Assembly (NCBI GenBank): GCA_963693365.1 | Contig: CAVNZM010000003.1 | Location: 10,838,388 to 10,902,387, forward strand | DNA length: 64,000 nucleotides | Direction: 5' to 3' | Source: Amoebidium appalachense | Lineage: Eukaryota > Protista > Ichthyosporea | In this document: positions 11,901 through 23,802 of the stretch, piece by piece | Position numbering within the stretch: position 1 is the first letter of the stretch | Layout of the letters: each line of letters opens with the position of its first letter | Notes under the pieces: model-generated | The model's input: the letters and a program-made list of their open reading frames with translations, nothing else | Databases searched by the model: none | What the model was told of the DNA's origin: nothing | Translations under genes and position numbers: made by a program

Positions 11901-13502
11901 GCACTTGTGCCTGAGGTTTTGCATATGGTGCATGAGCATCCCATGGCTGGTCATTTAGGTGTAAATAGGACGTTGCTTCGTGTTAATCGTTCGTATTTTT
12001 GGCCGGGTATGAGTAGGGAGGTGAGGGATTATGTGTTGTCATGCATGCATTGTCAGGAAAGGAATGAGAGTCCCCACTCTCGTTCCCGCCCGTCGTTTAT
12101 TAGGGATTTTAATGTTCGTATGTTTGAAAGGGTAGCAGTGGATGTGGTCGGTCCTTTTAATTCTACGGTTGAGGGTAACACTGTTCTTGTTACCGTCACC
12201 GATGTGGCCACTCGTTGGGTTGAAGTTTTTCCTCTCCCCACTGCTAATGCCGTTTTGTTTGCTCGTATTTTTGTGGATGAAATTTGTCTTAGGTTTGGTT
12301 GTCCTCGTGTTTTGTTAACGGATAGGAGTCGTGTGTTTTTAAATCAGTTGGTGTCGGAGGTGTGTAAAATTTTAAGGGTAGCTCATATCACTACGTCTGC
12401 ATATCACCCTCAAGCAAATGCCATCTCTGAACGTGTGCATGCAGTGTTTCAGAAGTCCTTTGGCAAAATGGTGGATGTGGAGGCTAATGATTGGGATCAT
12501 ATGTCTAGGTTTATTGCTCATTCATATAATTCTACCCCTCATGCTGTGACTGGTTTTTCTCCGTTTTATTTGGTCTATGGGCAGGAGGCTATTAGTTTGT
12601 TAGATACGGCACTTTTGCCGATGGGGGGGGCTGACCGACTAACTTATCCCCACTGGACTGAGTTCCGGGAGCAGCTACTAACCCGGGCCCGGGCTGCACG
12701 TGATGCAGCTCTGGCCCGTACACAGCAGGCACAGGCACGTACAGACGTGTCCACACGTCCGTTACGTGAATTTGCCGAGGGTACTTTAGTTTTAATTAGG
12801 GATCATACTAGGAAGAAGAGATATAAGCAGGAGCAGGAAGGTAAGGGTGAAGGTGAAGGTCTTCGTAAGTATGGTAAGAAATGGTTGCCTCTTTTTATCG
12901 GTCCGTATAAAATAGTGGCTAGGTTAGGTCCGACGGAATATAAGGTGCAGAGGTTAGATAATGAGAGTGATGTTAGATTTTATAATGTAGATGATATAAA
13001 GGAATATTATGATAGGGCCCTTAGGGTTAAACGGCCGGAGGGCCGTCGAGTGTTAGATGCATTCACCCCCGACTATGACGGGTCGGTGGATGTATCGGAG
13101 GCTGCAGTAGATAAAATTATGGATAAAAAGGTTATCGAAGGTAAGGAAGGTAAGGTAAATTATTATTTAATTCGTTTTGAGGGAGGTTATCAGGAAGATC
13201 AGTGGTTGCCTGAGTTTCATTTGGATTGCCCGTTTTCTATTCGTGCTTATGAGGCTAGATTAGTGCAGAGGGAGTTGCCTAGTGCTCCCTCTCGGCCAAA
13301 GAGAGTTATTCCTCAGTTTAATCGTGGTGTGAAAAAGTCGGTGGGGGAGGGGGCCGGGGGGGGAGTGATGCAAATACACGTAGACACACGGGGGGAGGGG
13401 GAGGGAGGGGAGGAGACCGAGGAGGAGTATGAACGTAGTCGTAGGAATTTAATTTATTATCATAGGTGTCTCCGTAGGTATCAAGCTTATGGTGTAGATT
13501 AA
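8782..13502 (+). CDS. pol: Gypsy Pol polyprotein (PR, dUTPase-like spacer, RT, RNase H, integrase, chromodomain), with frameshifts near 11090 and 11520-11640
   Basis: LLDGGA (PR); WRLVNDYRALN, LDLKAAFWQI, YLDD (RT); CDAS, ERESHA, TDHKP (RH); H-H-C-C, DVVG/TDRS/SERVH and GPY (IN); VDKIMDKK...YYLIRFEG...DQWLPEFHL (chromodomain). Breaks lie in G runs and may be sequencing errors. Confidence 0.93.
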
Positions 13503-14632
13503 TTTATTATTTTTCTTCGTAATTTATTTAATTTAATTTTTTTTAGGAGACTGATTAGTCTATGTCTTTTTAGGGGGTGTTAGATGTAATGTGACTGAGG
13601 TGGGACTCAGCTTTTCCGGGGGCCGGGGGGGGAGTTGACATATACTAATCCGTCTCAGCAGATTAGCCTAAGTCTACGATCGAGATCGGGGGGGGGGGGG
13701 GGGGGGGGGGGGGGAGGTGGCCCGGGTCCACAGATCATCAAGATCAAGTCCGGGGCCTCAAGATAGCTGTACAGCTGCGTGCATCTTGCCTCTGCCGGCG
13801 CAGGGCATTGGACCACGTCAGCCGGGACAGACGTCCAATAGAATTCTAATTAGTGTGTAGGATAGATCGTAGGAGGACTTAGGAATGTGATTGTTCGGGC
13901 AGAAGCCCTTTTGTAAGGATTGGCAAGGTTTGATAGTATATGTTGCCAAACGTATTTATATATGTAGATGTAGAGGAAAGGGGGGAGGGAGGGGGGGGGA
14001 GGATAGTATGAAATGTAGATTTAGACTCTGCGGTGCCACTAGGGGGAGGGTGAGGGGTGAGACTTGGATAAATATATTAGTTGAGTAGATCGACTTAGCT
14101 CGTGCAGGCGCACGATAAAAGTAGATCGGAATGTTAATGGAATGTGGCATCGTAGGGGGCCAGGTGATGATGATCTTGTAGGGCACGGCCTTGATGGCCT
14201 CAGTCGTAACTTAGACTCAATCCGTACGGATCTAAGTTTGCCCGTCGGAGCCTGGTCTTAATAAACTTTACCGTTTTTCTGTACACGTTCGTTCCTTTTC
14301 GTGTGTGTACACTTAGTAGAGTGCCGCGTCTCTAGTACACATATATTAGGATACGACACAGAGGTAGAAGAAGGGGGGGGGAGGGAGTGCTAGGTGAGTG
14401 TAAGGGGGGGGAGGCTCGTGGGATGGGGGGGGAGTAAAATTATGTGCAGTGGCCAGAATAAACGTCTTTGTGTAGGGACATTTATTCTTGACGCGCGCGG
14501 GCGCCGTAGGTGGCCTGCGAAATTTTGTACTCAGCCCTATTGGCCCGTGCTCCCGAGCTCCGTTTCCCTGTACTCGTGTGTCCTAGCTCCTAACCCCTAT
14601 GTTCTAGCTGTGTGTGTGGGTGTGCGCGTAGA

Positions 14633-15842
14633 CTAGGCATTGTGCTTGCAGTCTTTGCGGGGGTGTGTGCCAGAGCAGAGCGGGCACACGTGGGAGAAGG
14701 GGCAGGGCTGCTTAGCGCAGGACCGACCGTTAATGTGGAAATTCCTGCAGTGTGTCGCGGGTAGATCCATGGGTCGGGCCGGTTTTGCCGGGCCGGGTTG
14801 CGGGCCAGGGCGGTTAGGGGTTTGACCCCCGCCGGGCTTGTGGGGCGGCTTAAAGCCGTCAAGACCACAGCCGGGCTTGGGGTACATGGGGCAGGCCGCG
14901 CTGGGGTGGTCGGGGAAGCCACAGCGCTGACATGCGTCCGGGATGAGCAGAGTGGGTGGCAGGAGGAGATCCTGGTGGAGTTGGGCGAGCAGGTTGGGAC
15001 ACTCGATCGGAGCCCGACCCTGCTGGTGGGCAACGGTTCGGGCGTATACGTCATAGTTGTGGATCTGGGCCCACGGGTATCGGGTGCTGAGGCGAGTGAT
15101 GTGCTGAGTCCAAAGTACGTCTTTGTCCGTGGGGAGGCCGAGGTGGTGCTTGGCGGCCATGTAATGGGTCTAAGCTTGGATCCAAATATTGACGAGTGAA
15201 CGCAGGGGAACGGGTTTGTCTTGGCGAAAAGTCTCGATGCGGTCGTCGTCGGCCATGCGCAGATGCTGACCTTTCTTGGATGGGGCCAGGAGGGCGGCGG
15301 GGGTGAACTTATACAGGTCGACGAAACGATTGGCGCGCAAATCTGCCAGCACATCCGCGGGGGGAAGCGGGAGTGTGCCCGGCTGAATGTCGCCAGTGGT
15401 CTCACCTGTGATGGGGGGCGCGGGCAGGGCAGGTAGGTCTAGGTCAGGGCCGAGATGCAGCCCCGGGGAAACCTCCCCGGGTGCGGAGGGCGCGGCGGGG
15501 GGCGCGGGAGGGTCGCGGTTGGTGAGAGCAGCCAGGACGCCAGCCATCTGGGTGCTGATGGCGGTGAGGGCGGCAAGGACGGCGTCTTGAGAAGTCATCT
15601 GCGGGGACGGCAGGGCCTGAGGGGGGACTACAGGAGGGGAGGGGAGACTAGCCGGCGGGTCCGGATCCGTGGTGGTATGGGCCGCTGGAGGCGCGTCAGT
15701 GTCCGCGGGAGCGTTGGCCGCTGGAGACGCGTCAGTGTCCGCGGGCGCGTTGGTCAGCCTGTGGCGGAGGTCGCTGCGGGTCAGGCGCTTAGGTGCCGCG
15801 GCAGGGGCGGTGGCTGAGGCCTGGCGCTTTTTTCGGCGGCAT
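14633..15842 (-). pseudogene. gag: Ngaro gag-like ORF1
   Basis: ATG at 15842 (MPPKK, one extra A shifts the frame). ORFs 15170..15598 and 14633..15160 are in frame across a TAG (WIQA*THY). C-terminal CQRCGFPDHPSAAC and CRNF...C...CPFSHVCPLCSGTHPRKDC fingers. Confidence 0.85.
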
Positions 15843-15911
15843 GCTGACCGGCGTAGGGAAAGATAGGGAGTGAAAAGAAAATATAGCTGTAAAGCTGTAG
15901 GTGCTAAACAC

Positions 15912-16216
15912 AGAAGATGTGTTCAACAAGTTGTTGCTTGCTGATCTGCTAAAAACTGTCGTGCTTATATACCTGAGGCTACCGAACTGAGCCAATCAAA
16001 ACCGATCTAGTGTTATGTGAAATCTTATCCTGAGCCAATCAAACTCGGTCTAGTGATCTGTGGAATCTGATGTTTTGATCGGCTAATAGGTGCCAGTATG
16101 CGGGCAGCCGAACGCGAACTGCTAAAACATGAAACGAAGCCTGTTGATATCGGACACCCATCCTACGTGTTTACCCAGAAAAATATTTATGTCAATAATT
16201 TCCACAAATAAAACCT
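15912..16216 (-). repeat. Split direct repeat A1 (5' end of the Ngaro element)
   Basis: Copy of 1-296; homology stops sharply at 16216. Confidence 0.9.
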
Positions 16217-16329
16217 ATGCTACGAAGTGAAAGTTTATTGACTTAAACTAGGTTATTTGACATAAGTGGTGTAATAACCATAGAGATAGTATCCGAGATT
16301 TAATGGATTAAATCTTTTGATGGTTACGT

Positions 16330-16400
16330 GAGCCGTATACGATGAAAGTCGCTCATACAGTTCTTAGGAGTTGATCTTGACGTAAATCAAAGGAACTCAT
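16330..16400 (+). ncRNA. Group II intron domain V/VI remnant
   Basis: 34-nt GAGCCGTATACGATGAAAGTCGCTCATACAGTTC (16330-16363) fits the domain V consensus, followed by a domain VI-like hairpin. Confidence 0.8.
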
Positions 16401-16557
16401 GCTATTTCGATACTATGTACCGTACATTAAATTATTAATAAGGTTTAATCTAAATTAGGTTTGCCAGAAGGGATTGCTGTTTGGTAAAGCATTCAAATTG
16501 CGAATTTGACATCTTCAGGCTATGAGTTAAAGTCTCACTCACTCTCTAAAAATAACA

Positions 16558-16628
16558 GCATCATTCATATAATGGTTGAGACCTTGATTTTCATGCCAAT
16601 AATAGTGGTTCGATTCGACTATAGTGCA
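16558..16628 (+). tRNA. Degenerate organellar-type tRNA-Glu(TTC) pseudogene
   Basis: Imperfect acceptor GCATCAT/ATAGTGC, loop TTTTCAT, T arm GGTTCGATTC. Confidence 0.45.
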
Positions 16629-16639
16629 GCAAAATAATA

Positions 16640-16716
16640 GTTGATATAGTTTACTTGAATAGTATTATAGTTGATTACGGATTAATAGGTTGTAGGTTCA
16701 AGTCCTACTATCAACT
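16640..16716 (+). tRNA. Degenerate organellar-type tRNA-Arg(ACG) pseudogene
   Basis: Acceptor GTTGATA/TATCAAC, anticodon loop TTACGGA, T arm GTAGG-TTCAAGT-CCTAC. Confidence 0.6.
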
Positions 16717-16945
16717 TATATGGCTATTTACAGGAGTTTATTCTAAGCTCTTGTAAGTAAATTTAGTTAAGCCTTGAACTCGATATTACTCAAATATCCA
16801 CTTAAAGGGGGTAGGATTACTTTAACAATCTTAATTCAAACACGCTTAAATTATCCCATTTCGGGTCATATAATGCTAACTCTGAATAGTTTTCAAGCTA
16901 CATTTCTTGAATTAACCTCACTAACACTATATACTTATAGACCCA

Positions 16946-17018
16946 GTTTGGATAGGTAGACTCTCTCGAGCTTTCCCACTCTTGGAACCGTACATGTGAC
17001 TCTAGCTGCATAAAGCTC
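16946..17018 (-). ncRNA. Group II intron domain V/VI (3' end)
   Basis: Minus strand GAGCTTTATGCAGCTAGAGTCACATGTACGGTTC (34 nt), then ...GTGGGAAAGCTCGAGAGAGTCTACCTATCCAAAC. Confidence 0.75.
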
Positions 17019-17089
17019 GAGTAGACCACTTCTTACCAGCTCCGCCGGCAGAGTGTTAAGTTGCAATTGGCGTTGTTATTTTGCAGATT

Positions 17090-17425
17090 ATTTCGAATGA
17101 GTAATCTTCTGGCGACAGATCTAGTGTAAAAGCTGTGTATTACTCAATTTACACTTCCCACCATCCTTAGCAGAAAGGATGACATTGTAATGCAATTCAA
17201 CAAGTTCACCGTTGTGTAGTAATTTCCGCATACCTTGCATTGATGGTTGTACTTCTTAAAAATCATTACTCGAAACTTCGCAGCTACGGCCTTTCTTTTG
17301 TAAAGGCCGAAGTACTCTAGTCCTCCGGAAGGTATGGATTTCAGTTTAACTTGAACGGACGAAGCACTTATATCCTTATACGAAAATACAGTGAATACAC
17401 TACAAAATACACCACCTGTTATCAA
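17090..17425 (-). pseudogene. C-terminal HNH endonuclease part of a group II intron-encoded protein
   Basis: KKYNHQCKVCG, then after a frameshift ELVELH...KDGGK...NTQLLH*IC; lies just upstream of domain V. Confidence 0.65.
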
Positions 17426-17549
17426 ATCTATTTATCGCTCCCCTGGATCATCATTGCAAGGTCCAATGAGTGTACAATGTACATGTGTCTGACTCTACAA
17501 AGAGTTGGACTCTGTGTCCGAGTGTGTGATGCGTGCGCATGCGAATGTG

Positions 17550-17580
<31 letters not shown>

Positions 17581-17598
17581 TGTGTGTGCGTGTGTGGT

Positions 17599-17632
<34 letters not shown>

Positions 17633-18334
17633 CGTTGTTTGCGAACATACACAGAAGGTCAGTTCCACACTGTTCTATGAGATCGCATACTATGACACCA
17701 GCAGGCATTTCACGTGCACTTGTTGTTGAAAACGCAGATCTGCAGCCACATATTCTCGTGGGGGCAATACAAACGAATGCCGCAGGCGGCTCCGGCCAGA
17801 GTTCAAGAGTCTAAGATCTAGCTATAGCCAGTGCCAAAGGATCTAAAAGAAAAAAAAAGAAAAAAAAGGGACCTAGCCGCTTCAAAAGAGAATTGGCATG
17901 AAGGTTCTTGACTGTTTAAGGAAACTCTGAAGAGGCCAACATTTTTTTTGGGGGGGGGAGATAAAGAAAGAGTTTTTTAAAAAATGTTGGGGAATAAAAG
18001 AAGAAAGAGAGGGACTCGCCGAAAAGTAGAAGCCTTTCCGTCTGACGCCACCGCTTGAAAAACGGCATTTTCGCAAATACGTAATACGCAGTAGGCCGTC
18101 GAATGTGGCTGGGCCTCCGGCAGTGTCCACGCAATAAAAAGTGTGTAAACCCCCAAATACGTAATCCAGGAAGATATGTAAAAGAAATCCAACAAATCAA
18201 AATGGGTCAAATGTTACACAAATAAAGTTGAAATTGGATCCAAAATTTTGCAGCGTTGACCAATCCAATTCTTGTTCAAAAGTTAATGATGATTGGCTGA
18301 TTCATCATCAATGACGTCACATGTGAGCCGCTGT

Positions 18335-19122
18335 ACACATATCCTACCCCCGGATTTTGGTGATTTTTTTATCTCGTGAATAATGCAATCGCTTGCATCC
18401 AACCCGATCGCATTTCGATCAAATGCGCCCCGACCCTTGCGCCAGCCCCATATTCGCGCGACCCGACATTGGATTTGGCTACGGTGCGGCTGCGCGAGGC
18501 TACATTTTGCCAGACCCAAGTCTTCTATTTTACCGGCTTTTGCTGGATCTTGCGGATGTTTTATTGGCTACATGTAAGCTTCAATCTTGATGGAGCATAT
18601 ACAGAAGTGTTATTTACACCCGGAGGATAACAAGTCCCTGTATGCCTATCGCAACTCCGACTTCTTGCAGAAATCATATACAAGTGTGTCGTCTAATCGT
18701 GCTACAGCCAATGAAAATCGCGTTATATCGTCTGACTACGCTTCTGGGATTGATATTCCGGAGGACTACGATCACGACGAGGCGTATGCACCTGGGCGAG
18801 TCTTCAAGAAAGCAGCTTTGTCATCTGAATAAAGCAAAAATAAAGCCTTGTCGAGCTTGCACATGTATTGCTTTTCAAAGCAACATGCACATGCAGGAAT
18901 AAGCTTCACGGTACAAAATTTTCTTTCTGTAATCGGGCCGGGTCTGGCAAAATGTAGCCTCGCGCAGCCGCACCGTAGCCAAATCCAATGTCGGGTCGCG
19001 CGAATATGGGGCTGGCGCAAGGGTCGGGGCGCATTTGATCGAAATGCGATCGGGTTGGATGCAAGCGATTGCATTATTCACGAGATAAAAAAATCACCAA
19101 AATCCGGGGGTAGGATATGTGT
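18335..19122. mobile_element. MITE / non-autonomous DNA transposon, 788 bp
   Basis: 183-bp terminal inverted repeats 18335-18517 and 18940-19122 (ACACATATCC...); flanking 4-bp direct repeat CTGT. Confidence 0.9.
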
Positions 19123-19321
19123 CTGTTGCGCTGCCTTCGAAGTTCTCACACGTTGAAAGGCTTCTTTATGCCTCGCACTCATGTCACACATGACTATACA
19201 ACTTACACTACTTAAGCTTAGTCTCACAAATACGTTTATAGATACTGCAGCTTTGCTTATTTGACCGAAAAACTTTTTGTGTCAAAGCCAGCGACCAGAA
19301 TCGTTAAACGTTTGGTCGAAG

Positions 19322-20746
19322 ATGCCGGAATGCGGAATAGCCCAAACAGGACCGTGTGTCATGTGTGGTGAGGTGGGAGCACAAAATGGCGTACCCCATT
19401 GCAGACACAGGTGGCGAAACCAAACACGTATAGCAAGGTTTCTGCAATTAAGTTTGCTGCTAATGGCAGTCACTACGCTTTTTCTCTTCCTCATCTCTAG
19501 TGCTAGCAGTTTAGACCTCAAGATCTCGTTGGAAAATCTCCCACCATCACTCAAGTTCGGCCATCAAGCACATACACCAGAAAACGAAAACACACCTGTC
19601 TCCTCAGCACATGAAACAAATGGCCGCGTTTGGCGCACTATATGGCTAGGACCGAACGAGCCCCCTCCTTTGGCCAAAACCTCTCTCAATTCTCTTTTCT
19701 ACCACCACCCAAACAGCTCTGTTGTCATATACCACAACAACCCAAAGGGGCTGGAGTCGTTTATCTCCCCGTTTTTGAAGGCGGGGTATCGGCTGTCAGC
19801 CGAGTTTGTGGACTTGGTGGAATTCTGCAAGCCATGTTTTCCTTCGTGGGAGGAAAACCCGGGAAACTATTACGGCTGGATACGAGGGCCCTACTTCACT
19901 GTGGGCACAGCACGCAACCAGTATGTTCACAGGTGGGTGACCTCAGCCTGACAAATTCATGTCGTTTGCTCCCGGAGAACTTGGCATAATTTATCTCATT
20001 GGAAAAGACTTCGAATCCTTTTTCCTGGTTTAAACTGGCATATTGGGTAATCTGCTTTACTACAGAAGCCTTCTCCCACTCCAACCTGACAGTACTAGTG
20101 ATTTGCATACTCAGGTAATTATGGCATATGTATGGTTTACACACATGGCCGTAATAACGTGATTTGTTTCCTTGTACTCGCCACTTTGTTTTCAAATCCA
20201 TTCCCGTGTTTTTCCAATTCTACATCCCGGAGCAGTGTGGCTGCAACAACCTCTCATTCCAAGACAGTTAACACCTAATATGTAGTCATTCTGAGTGGCT
20301 GGAAAATGATATCGGGGGCTATGTACATGTGGTTCATCCCCAAAATTTGTCTCCCCGACCGGAAGTCTTAGCCTAATGACTACAACAAATGGCCCCCCGG
20401 TGTGTGTGTATGTGTGTGTGGGGGGGGGGGGGGGGGGGGGGGAGGGGGGGGGGGGGGGGTTCGGGTTTGGGGGGGGGTCATAGGCAAGTATGAAATAATA
20501 TTGAACAAGTCTCATGAATAGATTGCTCTCTGCCAGAGTGTCCTAAAGGGTACCGGTGGTTACGTGAGTAGATAATATTCAAGGAAACTTTAAACACTTA
20601 AAAGTTTTATGGCAAGATCATCTGCGTCAGTGGAGGCCCAATTAGAATTTGCAGGCAGTGGTTTGCCACACCCTAAAGGAAACACCTATTATGTACATCG
20701 TGATAAACTGTAAATGCATAACTTAACACACGTGCATGCGCGCGCG

Positions 20747-20822
<76 letters not shown>

Positions 20823-22228
20823 CCCGGCACCCTCCCCGCTGTTAGGTTATAGCGTCTCAGACCCCCTTTCAAACCCCCCCCCCCCCCCCCGGATTCTTGT
20901 TATTGTTATTTACGCACCTTAAATATGCATGCTTATAGATAGCAGACATACGACACGTTCACGTAGGACACGGCCCTTATCCATTACTCATGATTACGTA
21001 ACTATTACATCACTGTTACATCATAGCTTTGCATCTTGGCATGCCACGTGTTATGCCCCTGTAACGCATGAATAGTTGGGATAGCCCCTGCACGTGTACC
21101 AATAGTTTATGCATATGCACAGTGGCACGCGATTGAGAAGATTGACATTGTGTGTGGCATGCGTTTTGAAGATTGACATTGCATGTATTTGTAGATTGAG
21201 CATTTCCGATTGGTTGTTTCTAAGATTCGGGATTCGTACTAGCCATATATGGACTTTGTAAGTGCTTTCCTATTGGATCATGTGGTAGACAAGCGTGCAA
21301 ACAAAACTATATAAAGGATGGCATCGGTCGACCACACACGGACAGACAGAGAGTCTCAGAGAGAGTCTATCCTCAGAGTTAGTAAGCTACTCTTGAGATA
21401 CCTGTGTGTGTAGACAGAAGCAGAAGTCGCAAAAGAGAACGATCCAACTTTTCTTGAGTCTTAGCACCACTCCCATCCTATCCCCCTAGCACCCTCACCC
21501 CCCAGTTACCAACCCCCAGTGGTACAATTTAAGTTAGCCATGTGCCATTATGACTTACATTAATAACCCCCTCAAGGGCTGACCTACTCCGTGCCTGCTT
21601 TGGCTATCTCCACGGAGGCACATACTTTGACCTGGACACCATAATAGTACGTCCTATGGAGATCAAAACCGACGTCGTGGTAGTCGAATACGACGACAGA
21701 AACGTGTGCAATCCTTCGTATCAGTTCTACTGTGAGTGCTCAAAGATACCCCCGACAAAAATCCTTCCATTTCCGGGTGGGGAAATGCCGCCCCATGCAG
21801 AGCAGTACTACACCATAAACGGGTTTTTCTCGTTTGGTGACCCGAAATCTTCATACATACGTCGTGTTCTGGACTACCAAACGCGGTTTAACGGGAGTGC
21901 AGATTCGTGTTGGAATTGCATGGGCCCCCGCGCTTTTTCAAACGCAACAGCAAGTTTCATGAACGGGAAACTCGAAAAAGATGCGGAAAAACTCATGTTT
22001 ATGTCGCAGGAAAGCGGGCTGTGTACTGGGTGGCGCAGTCGGCTTTACAGCACTGTAGGTGAAACGGAAGCGGGGGAAATATTGGAACGAGTAGCATCAG
22101 AGTGTTATTTGATGCATGTGTTTGAGATCAATTCTAACGGGGAGGGTGGTAAGAAGGACCACAACAAACCAGAAACCCTTTTAGATTTTTTGGCAGCCAG
22201 CTTTTGTCTGGTGGATTGCGCACATTAG
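19322..22228 (+). CDS. GT32-family (alpha-1,4-glycosyltransferase-like, DxD) type II membrane protein; join(19322..19932,21577..22228)
   Basis: N-terminal hydrophobic helix and TIWLG...SLNSLFYHHP. A GT-AG intron (19933-21576) restores HRADLLR...YLHGGTYFDLD; NGFFSF and MGPRAFS follow. Start codon uncertain. Confidence 0.85.
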
Positions 22229-23170
22229 GTGAAATGTTTGATAGAATTATCTATATCCCCCCCCCCCCCCCCCCCCCCCCGGGGCCCCCTTCTTCTCTTC
22301 CCATTCTTTTAAATGATACCCCTTCCCCCCCTCCACCCCCTCCCCCTCCCCTTTCTGCTCCCCATGCCCTTCCTCCCGGGGACCCCCCTCTCTTTCTTCA
22401 CGGTCGTTTGTCAGGTATCACCCAAGAGTAGCACTTCGAGGGATTTTACCTGCTTCGGCCTCAGCTTTCACATCATGTATGTAATGAATGTGTTGTACAT
22501 AGTCGCCACACATGACGGGAACAATTTGCAATGTGTATTCTACACTGCGCATTTCTGGTAATGTGCTGGGTTGGTGCAGAGCTTCAATATTATATAGTCA
22601 ACGGTTACACGTTGGAGAAATTCAGTGAATTCAGTGACACCCCGACTTGGCCAAAAGTGTACGTATTGGAGCGTGTGCTATATCCGTTATAAAGTTGAAA
22701 TAGATTGGGCATTGACGCGTAAGACAATTACGGTGCTGTAATATACCTTTCCAGAAGATATTGTGTCCCTTTTGTAAGGAACCCTTCGATTGATACTATG
22801 ATTTAGGAAGTGTTGGGTTTGTGTTGCTGTTAGGGCACCTTTTCTCTACGCGTGTTTGTGGCTCTGGGCAGTCCCATGTATTTTTTATGGAATGGGATCA
22901 AATAAACTCTCAAAGTCATACCCGAGAGCATTGATTTATCTGGCTGACAAATTTTCATTGTCACTCTTTCTCTTTTTTCTTTCTTTCTTTTCTATCGTGT
23001 ACCCGTGATACTTGTGATCGTAACATCTCGTACATGTTATGTTTTCTAGCATGCTGTTTTATGTATGGCGGTAACACAGCTCTGTCAAAAAATTCCTTAT
23101 TCTGCTCCTTATAAGCCTATCACAACCCCGAAACGAACCCCCCCCCCCCCCCCCCCCCCCTCCCCCCCCC

Positions 23171-23220
<50 letters not shown>

Positions 23221-23471
23221 TCCTCCCCCTCCCTGCCCCCCTCCCTCCCCCCCCTCCCCCTCCCCCCGCCTCCCCTGTGCAACACTGTTTGTTTTTTCTT
23301 TCCGTTGCCCACCTGAATATGTACACATCAATACCTTTAGTGTTTTGGAGGATTAGCCTCTATGTTGAAAGTTCAATGGCATAGGGTGCAATTAAAGGAG
23401 CTCATTTGTGCGTGCGTGCGTGCCCATGCGTGACCGTGTGTTTTGCGCCCTCGTGTATGTGTATGTGCCAC

Positions 23472-23504
<33 letters not shown>

Positions 23505-23516
23505 ATGTTGCGTGTG

Positions 23517-23551
<35 letters not shown>

Positions 23552-23769
23552 ACTTGTGGTGTGTTACGGGGTGTGTGTACGTGTGTAAAACATGTACATG
23601 ATAAAAACTCCACCAACCCCCTCTCCCCCCCCCCACCCCCGCCCCCCCCCCCCCCCCCCCCCCCCCCCCTGCACGTGAGCGCGCACGCGTGCGTGGGTGG
23701 GTGGGTGGGTGTGTGCGTGCGTGCGTGCGTTCGTGCGTGCATGCATGCGCGCGTGCGTGGGTGTGTGCG

Positions 23770-23802
<33 letters not shown>

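Larger units (their letters stand above)
7181..14358 (+). mobile_element. Ty3/Gypsy chromovirus LTR retrotransposon
   Basis: Near-identical LTRs 7181-7897 and 13636-14358 (TGAC...GACA), 5-bp TSD CAGAG (7176-7180, 14359-14363), PPT near 13625-13634, pol order PR-RT-RH-IN-chromodomain. Confidence 0.96.
1..16216 (-). mobile_element. Ngaro/PAT-type DIRS (tyrosine-recombinase) retrotransposon with split direct repeats, interrupted by two LTR elements; 3' end runs off the window start
   Basis: Same-orientation repeat A at 15912-16216 and 1-296; gag with zinc knuckles, DIRS-type RT (LPFGLKSSP, HYVDD), RNase H (TDAA, IELLAI, CDN, ADAISR) and a YR C-terminal remnant lie in order on the minus strand once the insertions are removed. 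Confidence 0.9.
16217..17425. other. Probable organelle-derived insertion (NUMT-like) with group II intron and tRNA remnants
   Basis: AT-rich block with two group II domain V motifs, degenerate tRNA cloverleaves and an HNH maturase fragment. Confidence 0.75.

Noticed and set aside
16465-16520. Third tRNA (Cys-like) in the organelle-like block
   Set aside because: T arm and 3' acceptor strand are missing.
20840-21450. Possible solo LTR in the GT32 intron (TG start, CCAAT and TATA motifs)
   Set aside because: No CA end with a matching TSD and no second copy.
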